A stretch of 64,000 bases of DNA from an uncultured Heliomicrobium sp. GTDB taxonomy: Bacteria > Acidobacteriota > Blastocatellia > RBC074. The stretch's first letter is position 1, and every line of letters starts with the position of its first letter. The position numbers were made by a program, and so were the translations under genes. Under the pieces are notes generated by a model. The model had not been told where the DNA came from and ran no database searches. It saw nothing but the letters and a program-made list of their open reading frames with translations. The stretch lies in contig CAYYDG010000030.1 in the NCBI GenBank assembly GCA_964470555.1, positions 12,954-76,953 of the forward strand, written 5' to 3'. Shown here in pieces: positions 37,277-46,755 of this stretch.

Positions 37277-40200
37277 ATGAAACACATACTATTTGTCATT
37301 ATTTCAATCATGTTGCTAACTGTTCTTCTTGCAGCTTTCTTGGCTCACAAGAAGCAAGTTAGCGCACAAGGTAAATCAGAAGTCAGCATATTGACTGCTG
37401 ATAATCAATCGCTGACCACACTGAAGATATTGAGAGCTTTTGCCAGTTTAGCTAGAAACGAGAAAACTCTTCCCTATTTTTTTACTAAAGATAACGATCT
37501 GAAATTGTGGGAACAGGAAATAAAGTGGCAAGCTACCTCTAGTGCTCTGCCGATACAAACAGATGCCAGTGAGCCACTGCAGATATCTTTGCGATTTAAC
37601 TCAGGTATAGAAAGTGACCCTTTGGCAAAAGCAGCAATTCAACGAGCATCTGCAAAGTGGGAAAACTATGTAAGTAGATCATTTGTATCAGAATTGCAGA
37701 AGTTCAATATCGCTGTGGATGTTGATTACGGTGGAACTGCATTTGGCTTACCTTTTCAATCTTCTACAACAATTGCCAAAGCTAGATTGACGCAGTTCTA
37801 TTTAATAAGCGCCCAAATAGCTCCTTTTTCGGAGTTCTGGGAAGGACGTTATTATAGCTATGAACATCAAGAGCGGGTTCAACAAGAATTTCGTGAAACT
37901 GCAATTCCGACAGATTTAGGAAACACTCCTGCATTCATTTTGACGAGGCCAATTTCTCTGGTGTTAGGCCATGGCTCTCTCAGGGAGTTTCAACACAATG
38001 TAGCATTCAATTCTTCTCTGAATTACGATTTTGATCCGAGTGATGGAATTGATCCGGGAAAACTGGATTTCGAATCTCTAGTAACGCGAGAGTTAGGGCG
38101 ATTCCTGGGCTTTGTTTCCAGAGTTGGAGTCAAGGAAATAGACACCAAACCAGAGCACTTTATTGCATTCGGATTGAACCCGGCGGCGCCGACCATGTGG
38201 GATTGGTTTCGTTTTCGTCCGGGAGTGACGATGGATGATTTCAGTTCAGCGCAGCGCGTGCAGCGGTCTGGCGGCGAGCAGGTGTTTTTCACGGGTGACA
38301 TTGAAGCTCCGCTGGCTTCGGGCGCGGCGAACGCTGCGGACTGGGAAGGTTTGAATCCGAACTGGTTGTATTACGGTCGCGCGGCCAGTCATTGGAAAGA
38401 TGATGCCTTGACCGGTCAGTACATCGGAATCATGGATGAAAGTTACCTGCCGGGCGAACGCGGAGGCATTACGGCAACGGATTTAACCGCGCTGAGTTAC
38501 TTTGGCTATCGCATCACCCCTGAAGCTAAGGTGATGGAAGTGTTATCTGTGGATGATGGTACGCGCGAACAAGTGTTGCCTTCTGGTAATGCGATGTTAG
38601 TCAATCGGCTGACTCCGGCGCGCGCGCCTTTCAACGTGGAAAGTGTCAGAGTGCAATTGCCTGCGTTGGCTGATGGCTCTTCGGTGGTGGGCAAGCGGTT
38701 GCGGGTGGTGGCGTTTGCCGATGCTGCGCGTTCCGGCCAGCCGACCGCCAACCCGCAATTCCTGGTTGATCGAACGATCACGATTTCGGCCTTGCCGGAA
38801 AACCGCATGCTGGAAGTGATGTTGCCGGAAGCGGTGACGGTCAACGTCGGCGACCTGTATGTCGGAGTCCAATCGGTTGATGGCAATCTGAGTTTTGCCG
38901 CCGACACCAATGGCGAAACGCCCAACCGTTCTTTCGTCTCCAATGACAACGGAGCGAGTTTCCAGTCGCTGCGGATTTCAGGGGCGGTGGCCAACGTGAT
39001 TGTGCGGGCGGCGGTCAACGCCAGATTCAACGCTGTCAGCAACCTCGTTCCCGAAGTAAAGGAAATCAGCCCGACAGCCGCGCCTACAGGCTCAAGCTTC
39101 AAGCTGACGATTTTCGGGCGCAACTTTTTTCCTGATTCGGCAGACGCCGCCGGAGTCCGATACAAATCCGTCATACGGATCAACGGTCAGGATAAACCGA
39201 CTGAGTTTCTGTCACTCAGACAGTTGCGAACGGAGATTTCAGCGGCGGATTTGGCGGGACTGGCTTCGGCGCGCGTGACTGTGGCGACGACGACGCCGAA
39301 CGGAGTGGTCGAATCCGCTCCGGTTGAATTGTCTGTGACGCCGAATGCGCCAGTTCCGAATCTGGCGCAGATCGAACCTTCTGTGATTGCCGTTGGCAGC
39401 CCGGAAACCAGATTGATTGTGACCGGGCGCAATTTCACCGCTGCTTCCGTCGTTCGATTGAATGGCGAAGCTCGCCCAACCAGATTCATCAACAGCGCCA
39501 AGCTGGAAGCGACGATGCCAGCCAGCGATTTTGTTGCCGCTTCGAATGCCGAACTCAGCGTGATGACGCCTGCGCCGGGCGGAGGAGCGTCCAACGTTAT
39601 GTCGCTGCGCGTTGCCGGTTGCAGTTACAAACTTTCGCAAAGCAGTTTTTTGAATCTGGGCGCGGGCAGACAATTCGAAGAAAACGGCGCTTATCAATTG
39701 CACGGGCTGACTCTGCAAACTGAAGATCATTGTCCGTGGACTGCCGTCAGCAATGCCGCCTGGATAGAAGTCGCCAACAAGCAGGGCAAGGGCAGCGGGC
39801 CGATCGGTTTCAACGTTTCGAACAACACAGGCATTGCGCAACGAAGCGGAGCGATCATCGTTGCAGACCAAACAATCGCCATCACCCAGGCGGGGTATCC
39901 GACAATGGTTTCGTCAGCCGCTTACGGTGAGGGTGGTTCGCCCGGAGGTTTGGCCACAATCTTCGGAACGAATCTGGCAAAGACAACTCAACTTGCGACT
40001 CAGCTACCGCTGCCAACGAATTTGGGAGGGACGACAGTTAAACTCAAATGGCTGTTTGGGCCGGCAACGCTGCCGGAACACATTGCGCAATTGCTTTTCG
40101 TCTCGCCAACTCAGATCAACCTGGTTTTGCCGGAAGACTTTCCGCGTCTGGACATTCGTGGTGTTCCCTTCTCTTTGTCGGTTTTTGTTGATGGGCAATT

Positions 40201-40639
40201 GGTTGCCGACGGCTACACGACTGTTTCGCCTGTTTATCCCGGCTTGTTTTCAGCCGATGCCAGCGGCAAAGGCCTGGCAGCGGCGGTCGCGTTGCGCGTC
40301 AAAGCCGACGGTTCGCAGAGTTACGAACCTGTGGCTCTTTTCAATCAGGCGCAAAACAGATTCATCGCCCAGCCGATTGATTTTGGGGAAGAAAGCGACA
40401 GAGTTTTTCTGTTGTTGTTCGGCACTGGCATTCGCGGACGCAGCCAACCATCAGCCGTCAGGGTCAGAATTGGCGGAGTTGATACACCCGCGCTGTTTGC
40501 CGGCGCTCAAGGGGAGTATGCGGGACTGGATCAGGTCAACATCGAGTTGCCTCGTTCGTTGAAGGGACGCGGCGATGTGTCGGTGGTTTGCACGGTGGAT
40601 GGCAGCGGATCGAACGCAGTGACAGTCAACGTCAAATAA
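37277..40639 (+). CDS. Large secreted multidomain protein: AT-rich-encoded N-terminal metzincin-like domain with all three His replaced, IPT/TIG-like repeats, BACON-like domain, and a TIGR03437-type (Solibacter) C-terminal domain
   Basis: Signal/TM at the N-terminus; RELGRFLGFVS in place of HExxHxxGxxH; IPT-like PEVKEISPT...; BACON-like CSYKLSQ...ITQAG; C-terminal YPGLFSADASGKGLAAA...VTVNVK. Confidence 0.7.
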   Translation: MKHILFVIISIMLLTVLLAAFLAHKKQVSAQGKSEVSILTADNQSLTTLKILRAFASLARNEKTLPYFFTKDNDLKLWEQEIKWQATSSALPIQTDASEPLQISLRFNSGIESDPLAKAAIQRASAKWENYVSRSFVSELQKFNIAVDVDYGGTAFGLPFQSSTTIAKARLTQFYLISAQIAPFSEFWEGRYYSYEHQERVQQEFRETAIPTDLGNTPAFILTRPISLVLGHGSLREFQHNVAFNSSLNYDFDPSDGIDPGKLDFESLVTRELGRFLGFVSRVGVKEIDTKPEHFIAFGLNPAAPTMWDWFRFRPGVTMDDFSSAQRVQRSGGEQVFFTGDIEAPLASGAANAADWEGLNPNWLYYGRAASHWKDDALTGQYIGIMDESYLPGERGGITATDLTALSYFGYRITPEAKVMEVLSVDDGTREQVLPSGNAMLVNRLTPARAPFNVESVRVQLPALADGSSVVGKRLRVVAFADAARSGQPTANPQFLVDRTITISALPENRMLEVMLPEAVTVNVGDLYVGVQSVDGNLSFAADTNGETPNRSFVSNDNGASFQSLRISGAVANVIVRAAVNARFNAVSNLVPEVKEISPTAAPTGSSFKLTIFGRNFFPDSADAAGVRYKSVIRINGQDKPTEFLSLRQLRTEISAADLAGLASARVTVATTTPNGVVESAPVELSVTPNAPVPNLAQIEPSVIAVGSPETRLIVTGRNFTAASVVRLNGEARPTRFINSAKLEATMPASDFVAASNAELSVMTPAPGGGASNVMSLRVAGCSYKLSQSSFLNLGAGRQFEENGAYQLHGLTLQTEDHCPWTAVSNAAWIEVANKQGKGSGPIGFNVSNNTGIAQRSGAIIVADQTIAITQAGYPTMVSSAAYGEGGSPGGLATIFGTNLAKTTQLATQLPLPTNLGGTTVKLKWLFGPATLPEHIAQLLFVSPTQINLVLPEDFPRLDIRGVPFSLSVFVDGQLVADGYTTVSPVYPGLFSADASGKGLAAAVALRVKADGSQSYEPVALFNQAQNRFIAQPIDFGEESDRVFLLLFGTGIRGRSQPSAVRVRIGGVDTPALFAGAQGEYAGLDQVNIELPRSLKGRGDVSVVCTVDGSGSNAVTVNVK

Positions 40640-40801
40640 TCAGGATCGGAAGCTGGCAAACTTCGGGTTGTCGCTTTGCCTGACAGAAATGGGCGAAGCG
40701 ACGACCCGATTCGGTTTTCGATCTGGCCAATGGCCAGCGCGCAAGTGATGGGCTACAATCGCGCTCGCAGAAAATCACTTCAACAATTCAGGAAGGTCAA
40801 A

Positions 40802-41128
40802 ATGGAAGCACTGGGAATGATCGAATGCCGAGGCTTGGTGGCGATGATCGAAGCCGCCGACGCCATGGTCAAAGCCGCCAACGTCAAGCTGGTCGGATGG
40901 GAAAAAGTGGATGCGGGACTCGTGACAGCAATCGTGCGCGGCGAAGTCGGCGCGGTCAAAGCCGCCGTTGAAGCCGGAGCCGCCGCCGGTCGCAAAGTCG
41001 GCGAAGTGGTTTCCACTCACATCATTCCGCGTCCTCACGGCGAAGTGGATGAAGGTCTGCCCGTGTTGCACACCGGCGAAACTACGCGCAAACCGATCAG
41101 CGGTTCGGTCAACCCTCAGCGCGATTAG
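40802..41128 (+). CDS. Bacterial microcompartment shell protein, BMC-H (PduA/CcmK/EutM-like), with a ~20-aa C-terminal extension
   Basis: [59 protein letters not shown]...HIIPRPH; AGGAAGG RBS. Confidence 0.9.
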   Translation: MEALGMIECRGLVAMIEAADAMVKAANVKLVGWEKVDAGLVTAIVRGEVGAVKAAVEAGAAAGRKVGEVVSTHIIPRPHGEVDEGLPVLHTGETTRKPISGSVNPQRD

Positions 41129-41241
41129 GCAGTCCTTGAGAAGTGTGTCCGCTTGCTTGTTATTGCAACGTGAAATTGAAGGTCAGAATGCCCTGAACCT
41201 TGACCGGTCTTCCATCTAAAAAAGAAGCTCTTTTCATCGCT

Positions 41242-41970
41242 TCATCTCAATGTTTCCGGGTCAATGCCAAGCTCGCGGAGTTTAGCGGCCAACCGGTCAG
41301 CGCGAGCCTTTTCTAGTTCAGCTCGAACCTTTTCTTGTTCAGCGCGAGCCTTTTCTTGTTCAGCGCGAACGTGTTCACGTTGAGCCAGTAGATCTATTTC
41401 GACAGCGGTCAGGAACTTTCTGCCATTGGCGTGAAAGGCGCTCAGTTCGCCGTCGTCTTCCAGCCGCAACGTGATTTCCAGCAGCGGGCTTTTCCATTCC
41501 TTGCCAAAAACCACCGGCATCAACTTTCGCCCTTTGCGTTGCCAGACTTGCAGCCTGCCACGGTCTGGGTCGTATTCGATGTATTCATCAACGCCGTGTT
41601 TTTCATAAAAGGCCAGCTTTTCATCCATCTCGGCTTTGGTGTTGCTGGGCGAGAGAATTTCGATGGCGACCTGGGGCGCAATGTCGTCTTCCACCCATTG
41701 CCGGTAAGACCCGCGATGATCTTTGGGGCGACCGAAAATAACCATTACATCCGGCGCAACCCGAATGCTGGGCCAGCCTTCAACGGCGTACCAGAGCAGA
41801 TCGGCGGCGACGAAGACGTTCGGGTTGTCGGCGAAATGGCTGTCTATGCCGGTGTGCAGCATGACTATGTACTGATACTGTTTGGTATTGTCGGCCATGG
41901 GCTTGCCGTCCGAATCAGGGTAAATGATGGTGGGATCAACTTTGATTTTTCGATTGGTTGCCTTGCTCAT
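41242..41970 (-). CDS. Uma2-family (DUF820) endonuclease-like protein with C-terminal (E)QEKARA heptad repeats
   Basis: Paralog of the gene at 4403-5035 (same conserved core); 3' end made of 24-nt tandem DNA repeats. Confidence 0.75.
   Translation of the reverse strand: MSKATNRKIKVDPTIIYPDSDGKPMADNTKQYQYIVMLHTGIDSHFADNPNVFVAADLLWYAVEGWPSIRVAPDVMVIFGRPKDHRGSYRQWVEDDIAPQVAIEILSPSNTKAEMDEKLAFYEKHGVDEYIEYDPDRGRLQVWQRKGRKLMPVVFGKEWKSPLLEITLRLEDDGELSAFHANGRKFLTAVEIDLLAQREHVRAEQEKARAEQEKVRAELEKARADRLAAKLRELGIDPETLR
41283..41395. repeat. Tandem ~24-nt repeats (CTTTTCTTGTTCAGCGCGAGC-like) inside the Uma2 gene 3' region
   Basis: Three to four imperfect copies encoding AEQEKARAEQEKVRAELEKARA. Confidence 0.7.
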
Positions 41971-42020
41971 AAGTTCGACTCCTTAGATCAGTGGCGCGAG
42001 CAGAGGATCGCAGATGTTTT

Positions 42021-43124
42021 TTAACCCAAGTCTGCCGCGCTGGGCAAGTTTTGGCCAGGAGAAACCTGAATGCCGCGAGCTGCGCGGATGGCGCGAACGA
42101 CGGCTTGTGCCATCGCTTCGGCGGCAAGCGCGCCGATCAGCGTGACGTTGGCGGGTTTTGTCGAAGTCGTTTTGCCGGTGGCGATGGCAAAGATCGTGTC
42201 TCCGTCGAACATGGTGTGCGCCGGGTTGATTGTTCGCGCCAAACCATCTTGAGCCATCTCGGCGACTTTTTGCGCCTGGGCTTTGTCGAGCTTGGCGTCA
42301 GTGGCAACCAGTCCGATGGTCGTATTTGTTCCGCCGAGCATTGGCGGCAAGCTTTCGCCGCGCAGGATTCCAGCCATCGTGCCTTGCAGCTTTTTGCCAT
42401 CGGGCGTGCGCGCTCCGGCGATGAGCTTGCCGGTTGATGGATCAATCACGTCGCCGACGGCGTTGACGGCGACGATGGCTCCAACGGTCAGGCCGGGAAG
42501 TTTTATAGAAGCCGTACCGATTCCGCCTTTCATTGCGCGTTTACCTCCAAACATCTTGCCGACCGTAGCTCCTGCGCCAGCGCCGACATTGCCTTCGGCG
42601 GGCGCGTTGGTCGTTGCGGCTTTGCAGGCTTTGTAACCGGCTTCGGCATCCGGGCGAATTTTGGCGTCGCCAACAGTCAGGTCGAACAAAATGGCGGCGG
42701 GAACGATGGGCACTTTGGCTACGCCCACGTCGTAGCCTATGCCGCGTTCTTCCAGCCAGCGAACGACGCCGGTCGCCGTTTCCAGACCGAATGCGCTGCC
42801 TCCGCTCAAAACAACGGCGTGAACCTGTTGCACCAGATTTTTCGGATCGAGCAAATCGGTTTCGCGCGTGCCCGGCGCAGAACCGCGCACGTCTACGCCG
42901 CCGGTTGCGCCGTCTTCGCACAGAATCACCGTGCAGCCTGTCGGTCGGCGCGTGTCGGTGAAGTGGCCGACTTTGATGCCGGCGACATCGGTGATCGAGC
43001 TTTTCCGATTGGGCTGAATTGCATTGGTCATTGCGAATGCTCCTTGGTCAGCAAACAGCGCCACCGAAGTGGCAACGCTGGCTTGCAGAATTTCCCGGCG
43101 AGTCGGTTTTGATTGGTTTCCCAT
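42021..43124 (-). CDS. P1 family (S58, DmpA/ArgJ-like) Ntn-hydrolase aminopeptidase with Tat-like signal
   Basis: TRREIL twin-arginine-like N-terminus; DmpA-like core VVLSGGSAFGLETATGVVRWLEERGIGY. Confidence 0.7.
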   Translation of the reverse strand: MGNQSKPTRREILQASVATSVALFADQGAFAMTNAIQPNRKSSITDVAGIKVGHFTDTRRPTGCTVILCEDGATGGVDVRGSAPGTRETDLLDPKNLVQQVHAVVLSGGSAFGLETATGVVRWLEERGIGYDVGVAKVPIVPAAILFDLTVGDAKIRPDAEAGYKACKAATTNAPAEGNVGAGAGATVGKMFGGKRAMKGGIGTASIKLPGLTVGAIVAVNAVGDVIDPSTGKLIAGARTPDGKKLQGTMAGILRGESLPPMLGGTNTTIGLVATDAKLDKAQAQKVAEMAQDGLARTINPAHTMFDGDTIFAIATGKTTSTKPANVTLIGALAAEAMAQAVVRAIRAARGIQVSPGQNLPSAADLG

Positions 43125-43221
43125 TTGCTCACCAAATCAAAAAGGCGGTTTCAGCTTGTTGCCGAACCGCCTTGTTTGTTTTTGTTGTGGATCAACTCAC
43201 GGCTGATCGTCAGTGAACCGT

Positions 43222-43440
43222 TCAGCCGCGACCTTCCCAGCCGTTTTGTTTGAACACACCATCAACGACGATTACCGGCACGGTCGGGTCGTTGTCGGTG
43301 TAGGCAAACATTTCTTTGCGATAAGCCAGATTGTCCTGCGCATTGCGTTCCTCAAAAGCGATTCCTTGTTCTGTGTACCAGGTTTTCGCTTTTGCGCAAT
43401 AGGGACAACCGGGTTTGGTGTAAATGATTACGCTGCTCAT
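43222..43440 (-). CDS. Glutaredoxin/NrdH-like small redoxin (CPYC)
   Basis: IIYTKPGCPYCAKAK motif, 72 aa. Confidence 0.75.
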   Translation of the reverse strand: MSSVIIYTKPGCPYCAKAKTWYTEQGIAFEERNAQDNLAYRKEMFAYTDNDPTVPVIVVDGVFKQNGWEGRG

Positions 43441-43448
43441 TGAAGTAA

Positions 43449-44597
43449 TTACCTCTGTTCAATCGGAACGTATTTCAAATCCATTTCGCCCAGATATTCC
43501 GAGCGAGGCCGAATCAGTTTGTTGTTGCCAAGCTGTTCCAGCACATGCGCTGACCAGCCGCTGATGCGGCTGACGGCGAAAATCGGCGTGTACAGATCAA
43601 CCGGAATGCCCAGCATGTAGTAGGTCGAAGCCGAATAGAAATCCACGTTGGCGCGAATCTTTTTGCCTTTTTTGTCCATTTCGGCGACGACCAGGTCTTC
43701 GATGCGTTTGGACATGTCGAACCATTTGGTGTCGCCCTGGCGTTTGCCTGTGGCTTCGGACATGCGACGCAGATGCGTGGCGCGCGGGTCTTCGGTTTGG
43801 TAAACAGCGTGGCCGATGCCCATGATCTTGTCGCCTTTGGCAAATTTGGCGGCAACGTATTCGTCCACTTTTTCGGGCGAGCCGATTTCGAGCAGCATCT
43901 TCATGACCTGTTCGTTGGCTCCGCCGTGCAGCGGACCGGACAACGCGCCAATCGCTGCGGTGATGGCAGCGTAAATGTCAGCCAGAGTTCCGGCTGTGAC
44001 GCGCGCGGCAAAGGTCGAAGCGTTGAATTCGTGGTCGGCGTGCAGAATCAGCGCGATGTCGAAGGCCTGGGTTTCCACATCGGACGGTTCCTTGCCGTTG
44101 AGCATGTAAAGGAAGTTTCCGGCGTGTGAAAGCGCCGGATTGGGATCAACCGGTTCTTTGCCATTGCGAATGCGATCAATCGCGGCAACGACCGTGGCGA
44201 TTTGCGCCGTCAATCGAATTGCCTGGCGTTGCCGAGCTTCGGGCGAATTGTCGCTTTTGTCAGGATCGAAAAACGCCAATGCCGAAACTGCCGTCCGAAG
44301 GGCGTCCATCGGCACGGCTGTTTTGGGGAAAGATTTGATGAAGGAAATGATTTCTTTCGGAAGCGCGCGATTGGCCGTGAGCTGTTTATTCAACTCGTCG
44401 AGTTCCGCTTTGTTGGGCAAACGACCGTTCCAAAGCAAAAAAACCACTTCCTCAAAATTTGAGTTTTGGGCGAGTTGGTGAATGTCGTAACCGCCGTAAA
44501 TCAGAATTCCTTTTTCGCCGTCAATGAAACAAATGCGACTTGGCGCGGCGACCACATCGCGCAATCCGGCTCCTGCTGTTGGTGCTGCTTTACTCAT
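43449..44597 (-). CDS. gltA: Citrate synthase
   Basis: Conserved citrate-synthase motifs (GYGHAVY-like GIGHAVYQTEDPR, FHD region). Confidence 0.9.
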   Translation of the reverse strand: MSKAAPTAGAGLRDVVAAPSRICFIDGEKGILIYGGYDIHQLAQNSNFEEVVFLLWNGRLPNKAELDELNKQLTANRALPKEIISFIKSFPKTAVPMDALRTAVSALAFFDPDKSDNSPEARQRQAIRLTAQIATVVAAIDRIRNGKEPVDPNPALSHAGNFLYMLNGKEPSDVETQAFDIALILHADHEFNASTFAARVTAGTLADIYAAITAAIGALSGPLHGGANEQVMKMLLEIGSPEKVDEYVAAKFAKGDKIMGIGHAVYQTEDPRATHLRRMSEATGKRQGDTKWFDMSKRIEDLVVAEMDKKGKKIRANVDFYSASTYYMLGIPVDLYTPIFAVSRISGWSAHVLEQLGNNKLIRPRSEYLGEMDLKYVPIEQR

Positions 44598-44665
44598 AAT
44601 TTTATTCCTGAATGTATTTTTTTGATGATTTCTGATTGGTCAATCTTCAAGTAACTGCGACGACA

Positions 44666-44902
44666 TTAAGCGCCAGGTTTGGGCGCAGGTGCGGGCAGGT
44701 CCCTAGCCTCGACTTGCGATTGGAAACCGCAGCGAGCGTGCGATCCATCGCAAAACGGTTTGTTGGCGCTCTGGCCACATCGGCACAGACCGATCACGGT
44801 TCGACCGGCCAATCCGAATTTATTGCCACTTGCGTCATAGATTTCGATGTCGCCTTCGACCCGCAACGAACCATTGTTGTTGACGGTAATTTTGGTTGGC
44901 AT
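44666..44902 (-). CDS. CDGSH iron-sulfur domain protein
   Basis: CRCGQSANKPFCDGSHARCGF. Confidence 0.8.
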   Translation of the reverse strand: MPTKITVNNNGSLRVEGDIEIYDASGNKFGLAGRTVIGLCRCGQSANKPFCDGSHARCGFQSQVEARDLPAPAPKPGA

Positions 44903-45036
44903 TTTGTGGACTCCTTCTCCTCCGAAAAATCAGCCAAGCAGGGTTGTCACCTGCTTAATAAAAAAATGAAAAGAACGGTTTGAAGCTGCCAGGCAGAAAG
45001 CCTGGCAGCCAGATACAAACCAGACGCGAGCAAAAC

Positions 45037-45246
45037 TTATTTGCCCTTCTTCGAAGCCTTGATCGGGTTCAAAGCGCGCGGCGCACGCTCTTTCGCCAAC
45101 TGGTCAGCATACGCTTTGCAATCGTGGTTTTCGGCTTTGTCCTTGATCCATCCGTCCACATCAATCGTGTGATGCAGCGAGGCGAAGATCGGAAATTTAT
45201 GGTTACATTTCTGACAGAAGATGTTGTATCTCTTGACTGTTGCCAT
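45037..45246 (-). CDS. Small basic hypothetical protein (69 aa) with CxxC..HDC
   Basis: GGGAG RBS; MATVKRYNIFCQKCNHKF... Confidence 0.4.
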   Translation of the reverse strand: MATVKRYNIFCQKCNHKFPIFASLHHTIDVDGWIKDKAENHDCKAYADQLAKERAPRALNPIKASKKGK

Positions 45247-45396
45247 TATCGAATTACTCCCTGAATTGATGTTGTGTTTCTTGTTGAAAAAACTAAGCTG
45301 ATATTGCCTGACCGACCTATCGTGGGGACTCAGGCAAGGGCGGGAATATACACGACCAATCACAATTTTCCAAAACCATGTGCGGTCGTTCGGGTT

Positions 45397-46518
45397 TTAT
45401 GGGCGGCGAGCAGGTTCGGATTCGCCGATGTTGATCCAGCGTTGTTCCGCTTCGGATCGCAAAATGGAGTCTATGACTTCCTGGCAGCGCAATCCGTCCG
45501 CAAACGTTGCTGCGTGGGCGATTTCCGTTCTGCCTTCGCGCAAGGCCTGAACCGTTTCTCGCGCCAGATGATAAAAAGACCGCGCCCAGACGTTGTCGGG
45601 AATGACGGAAATTTCACGCGCACGATCCGCCAGCGACATTTCTTCGAATGGGTGATTGTATCCAATGGCTCCCAGCAGCACTTCTTCGCCGTCCAGCACC
45701 AGGGTTCCGTTGCTGCCGACCGCCGTAATCTGATTTTTTCCGCCGCTGGCGAACAGGGACGACAGCATGACAACGCCGTGGGAAATACGATTTTCCTGTG
45801 ATCCGAACCGAACCAGGAACGAACAGTAATCGTCGGTTTCGTTCGTTTTCATTTCTCCGGTTTTTGGGTCTTTGCGTTCGGGAACCATTGTGGCGACGGC
45901 GCTCGTAACGGATTCGATTTCGCCGAACATCCAGCGAATGGCGTCAATTGCGTGCGAGCCAAGCGCTCCGAGCAAACCGCCTCCGGCAGATTTCTGCGAC
46001 CACCAATTCCACGGACGTTGGGCAGAATGCCGAAAGCCTGAAGAGATGGTCACGCTGATGTGATGCAAGTCGCCAAGAAAGCCTCCGTCCACCAGTTCTT
46101 TCATGCGTCGCCACGTCGGATTGAATCGCAATTCGTGATCTATGATCGAAAGCTGGTTTGGTTTGGTTGCTGCCAGTCCGGTCATTTCGCGAGCTTCGTT
46201 GGCGTTCATCGCCATCGGTTTTTCGCAAATCACATGCTTGCCGGCGTTGAGTGCAGCAATTGAAATCGGATGGTGCAAATATGGCGGCGCGGAAACGACG
46301 ACCAGCGAAACTTCCTCGAGCGCCAACAACTGTTCGTAACTTTCACAGGCGTTGGCAATTTTGAATTCCGATGCGACTTTGACGGCGTTTTCATAATGCC
46401 CGCTGCAAACGGCCACCAATTCCGCTCCATCGCACAATTGAAAAGCCGGCGCCTGCGCGCTGCGCGCAAAACCGGTGCCGATCAATCCAATTCCGATCTT
46501 GTCCTGCTTCATCGTCAA
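45397..46518 (-). CDS. Gfo/Idh/MocA family NAD(P)-dependent oxidoreductase
   Basis: N-terminal Rossmann IGIGLIGTGFARSAQAPAF; family-typical length. Confidence 0.85.
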   Translation of the reverse strand: MTMKQDKIGIGLIGTGFARSAQAPAFQLCDGAELVAVCSGHYENAVKVASEFKIANACESYEQLLALEEVSLVVVSAPPYLHHPISIAALNAGKHVICEKPMAMNANEAREMTGLAATKPNQLSIIDHELRFNPTWRRMKELVDGGFLGDLHHISVTISSGFRHSAQRPWNWWSQKSAGGGLLGALGSHAIDAIRWMFGEIESVTSAVATMVPERKDPKTGEMKTNETDDYCSFLVRFGSQENRISHGVVMLSSLFASGGKNQITAVGSNGTLVLDGEEVLLGAIGYNHPFEEMSLADRAREISVIPDNVWARSFYHLARETVQALREGRTEIAHAATFADGLRCQEVIDSILRSEAEQRWINIGESEPARRP

Positions 46519-46755
46519 TCTTTACCTTTGGGCGTTTGCTGTCCTGAACCGATTCTTCCAAAAACGATACGTCATTTTACACACCAGCCGCCAATTGCAA
46601 AATCAGGAATGCAGCTTCGATTTTCGATAACTGTTGACTGCCACTAGCGGCTGAAAAGTCGCGTGTTATAATCCCACCGCATTTTGCCAGCAGTAACGCA
46701 TCGCTCTAAACCATCAAACACAAACGCAGCGTCCAAAAACGATCTGGGAGGATTT

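Larger units (their letters stand above)
35850..38170. other. AT-rich compositional island (~40-50% GC against ~58% background) with a sharp right boundary inside a CDS
   Basis: Visible drop in GC right after the rpoD terminator; GC rises again near 38170 within the ORF that starts at 37277. Confidence 0.7.
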
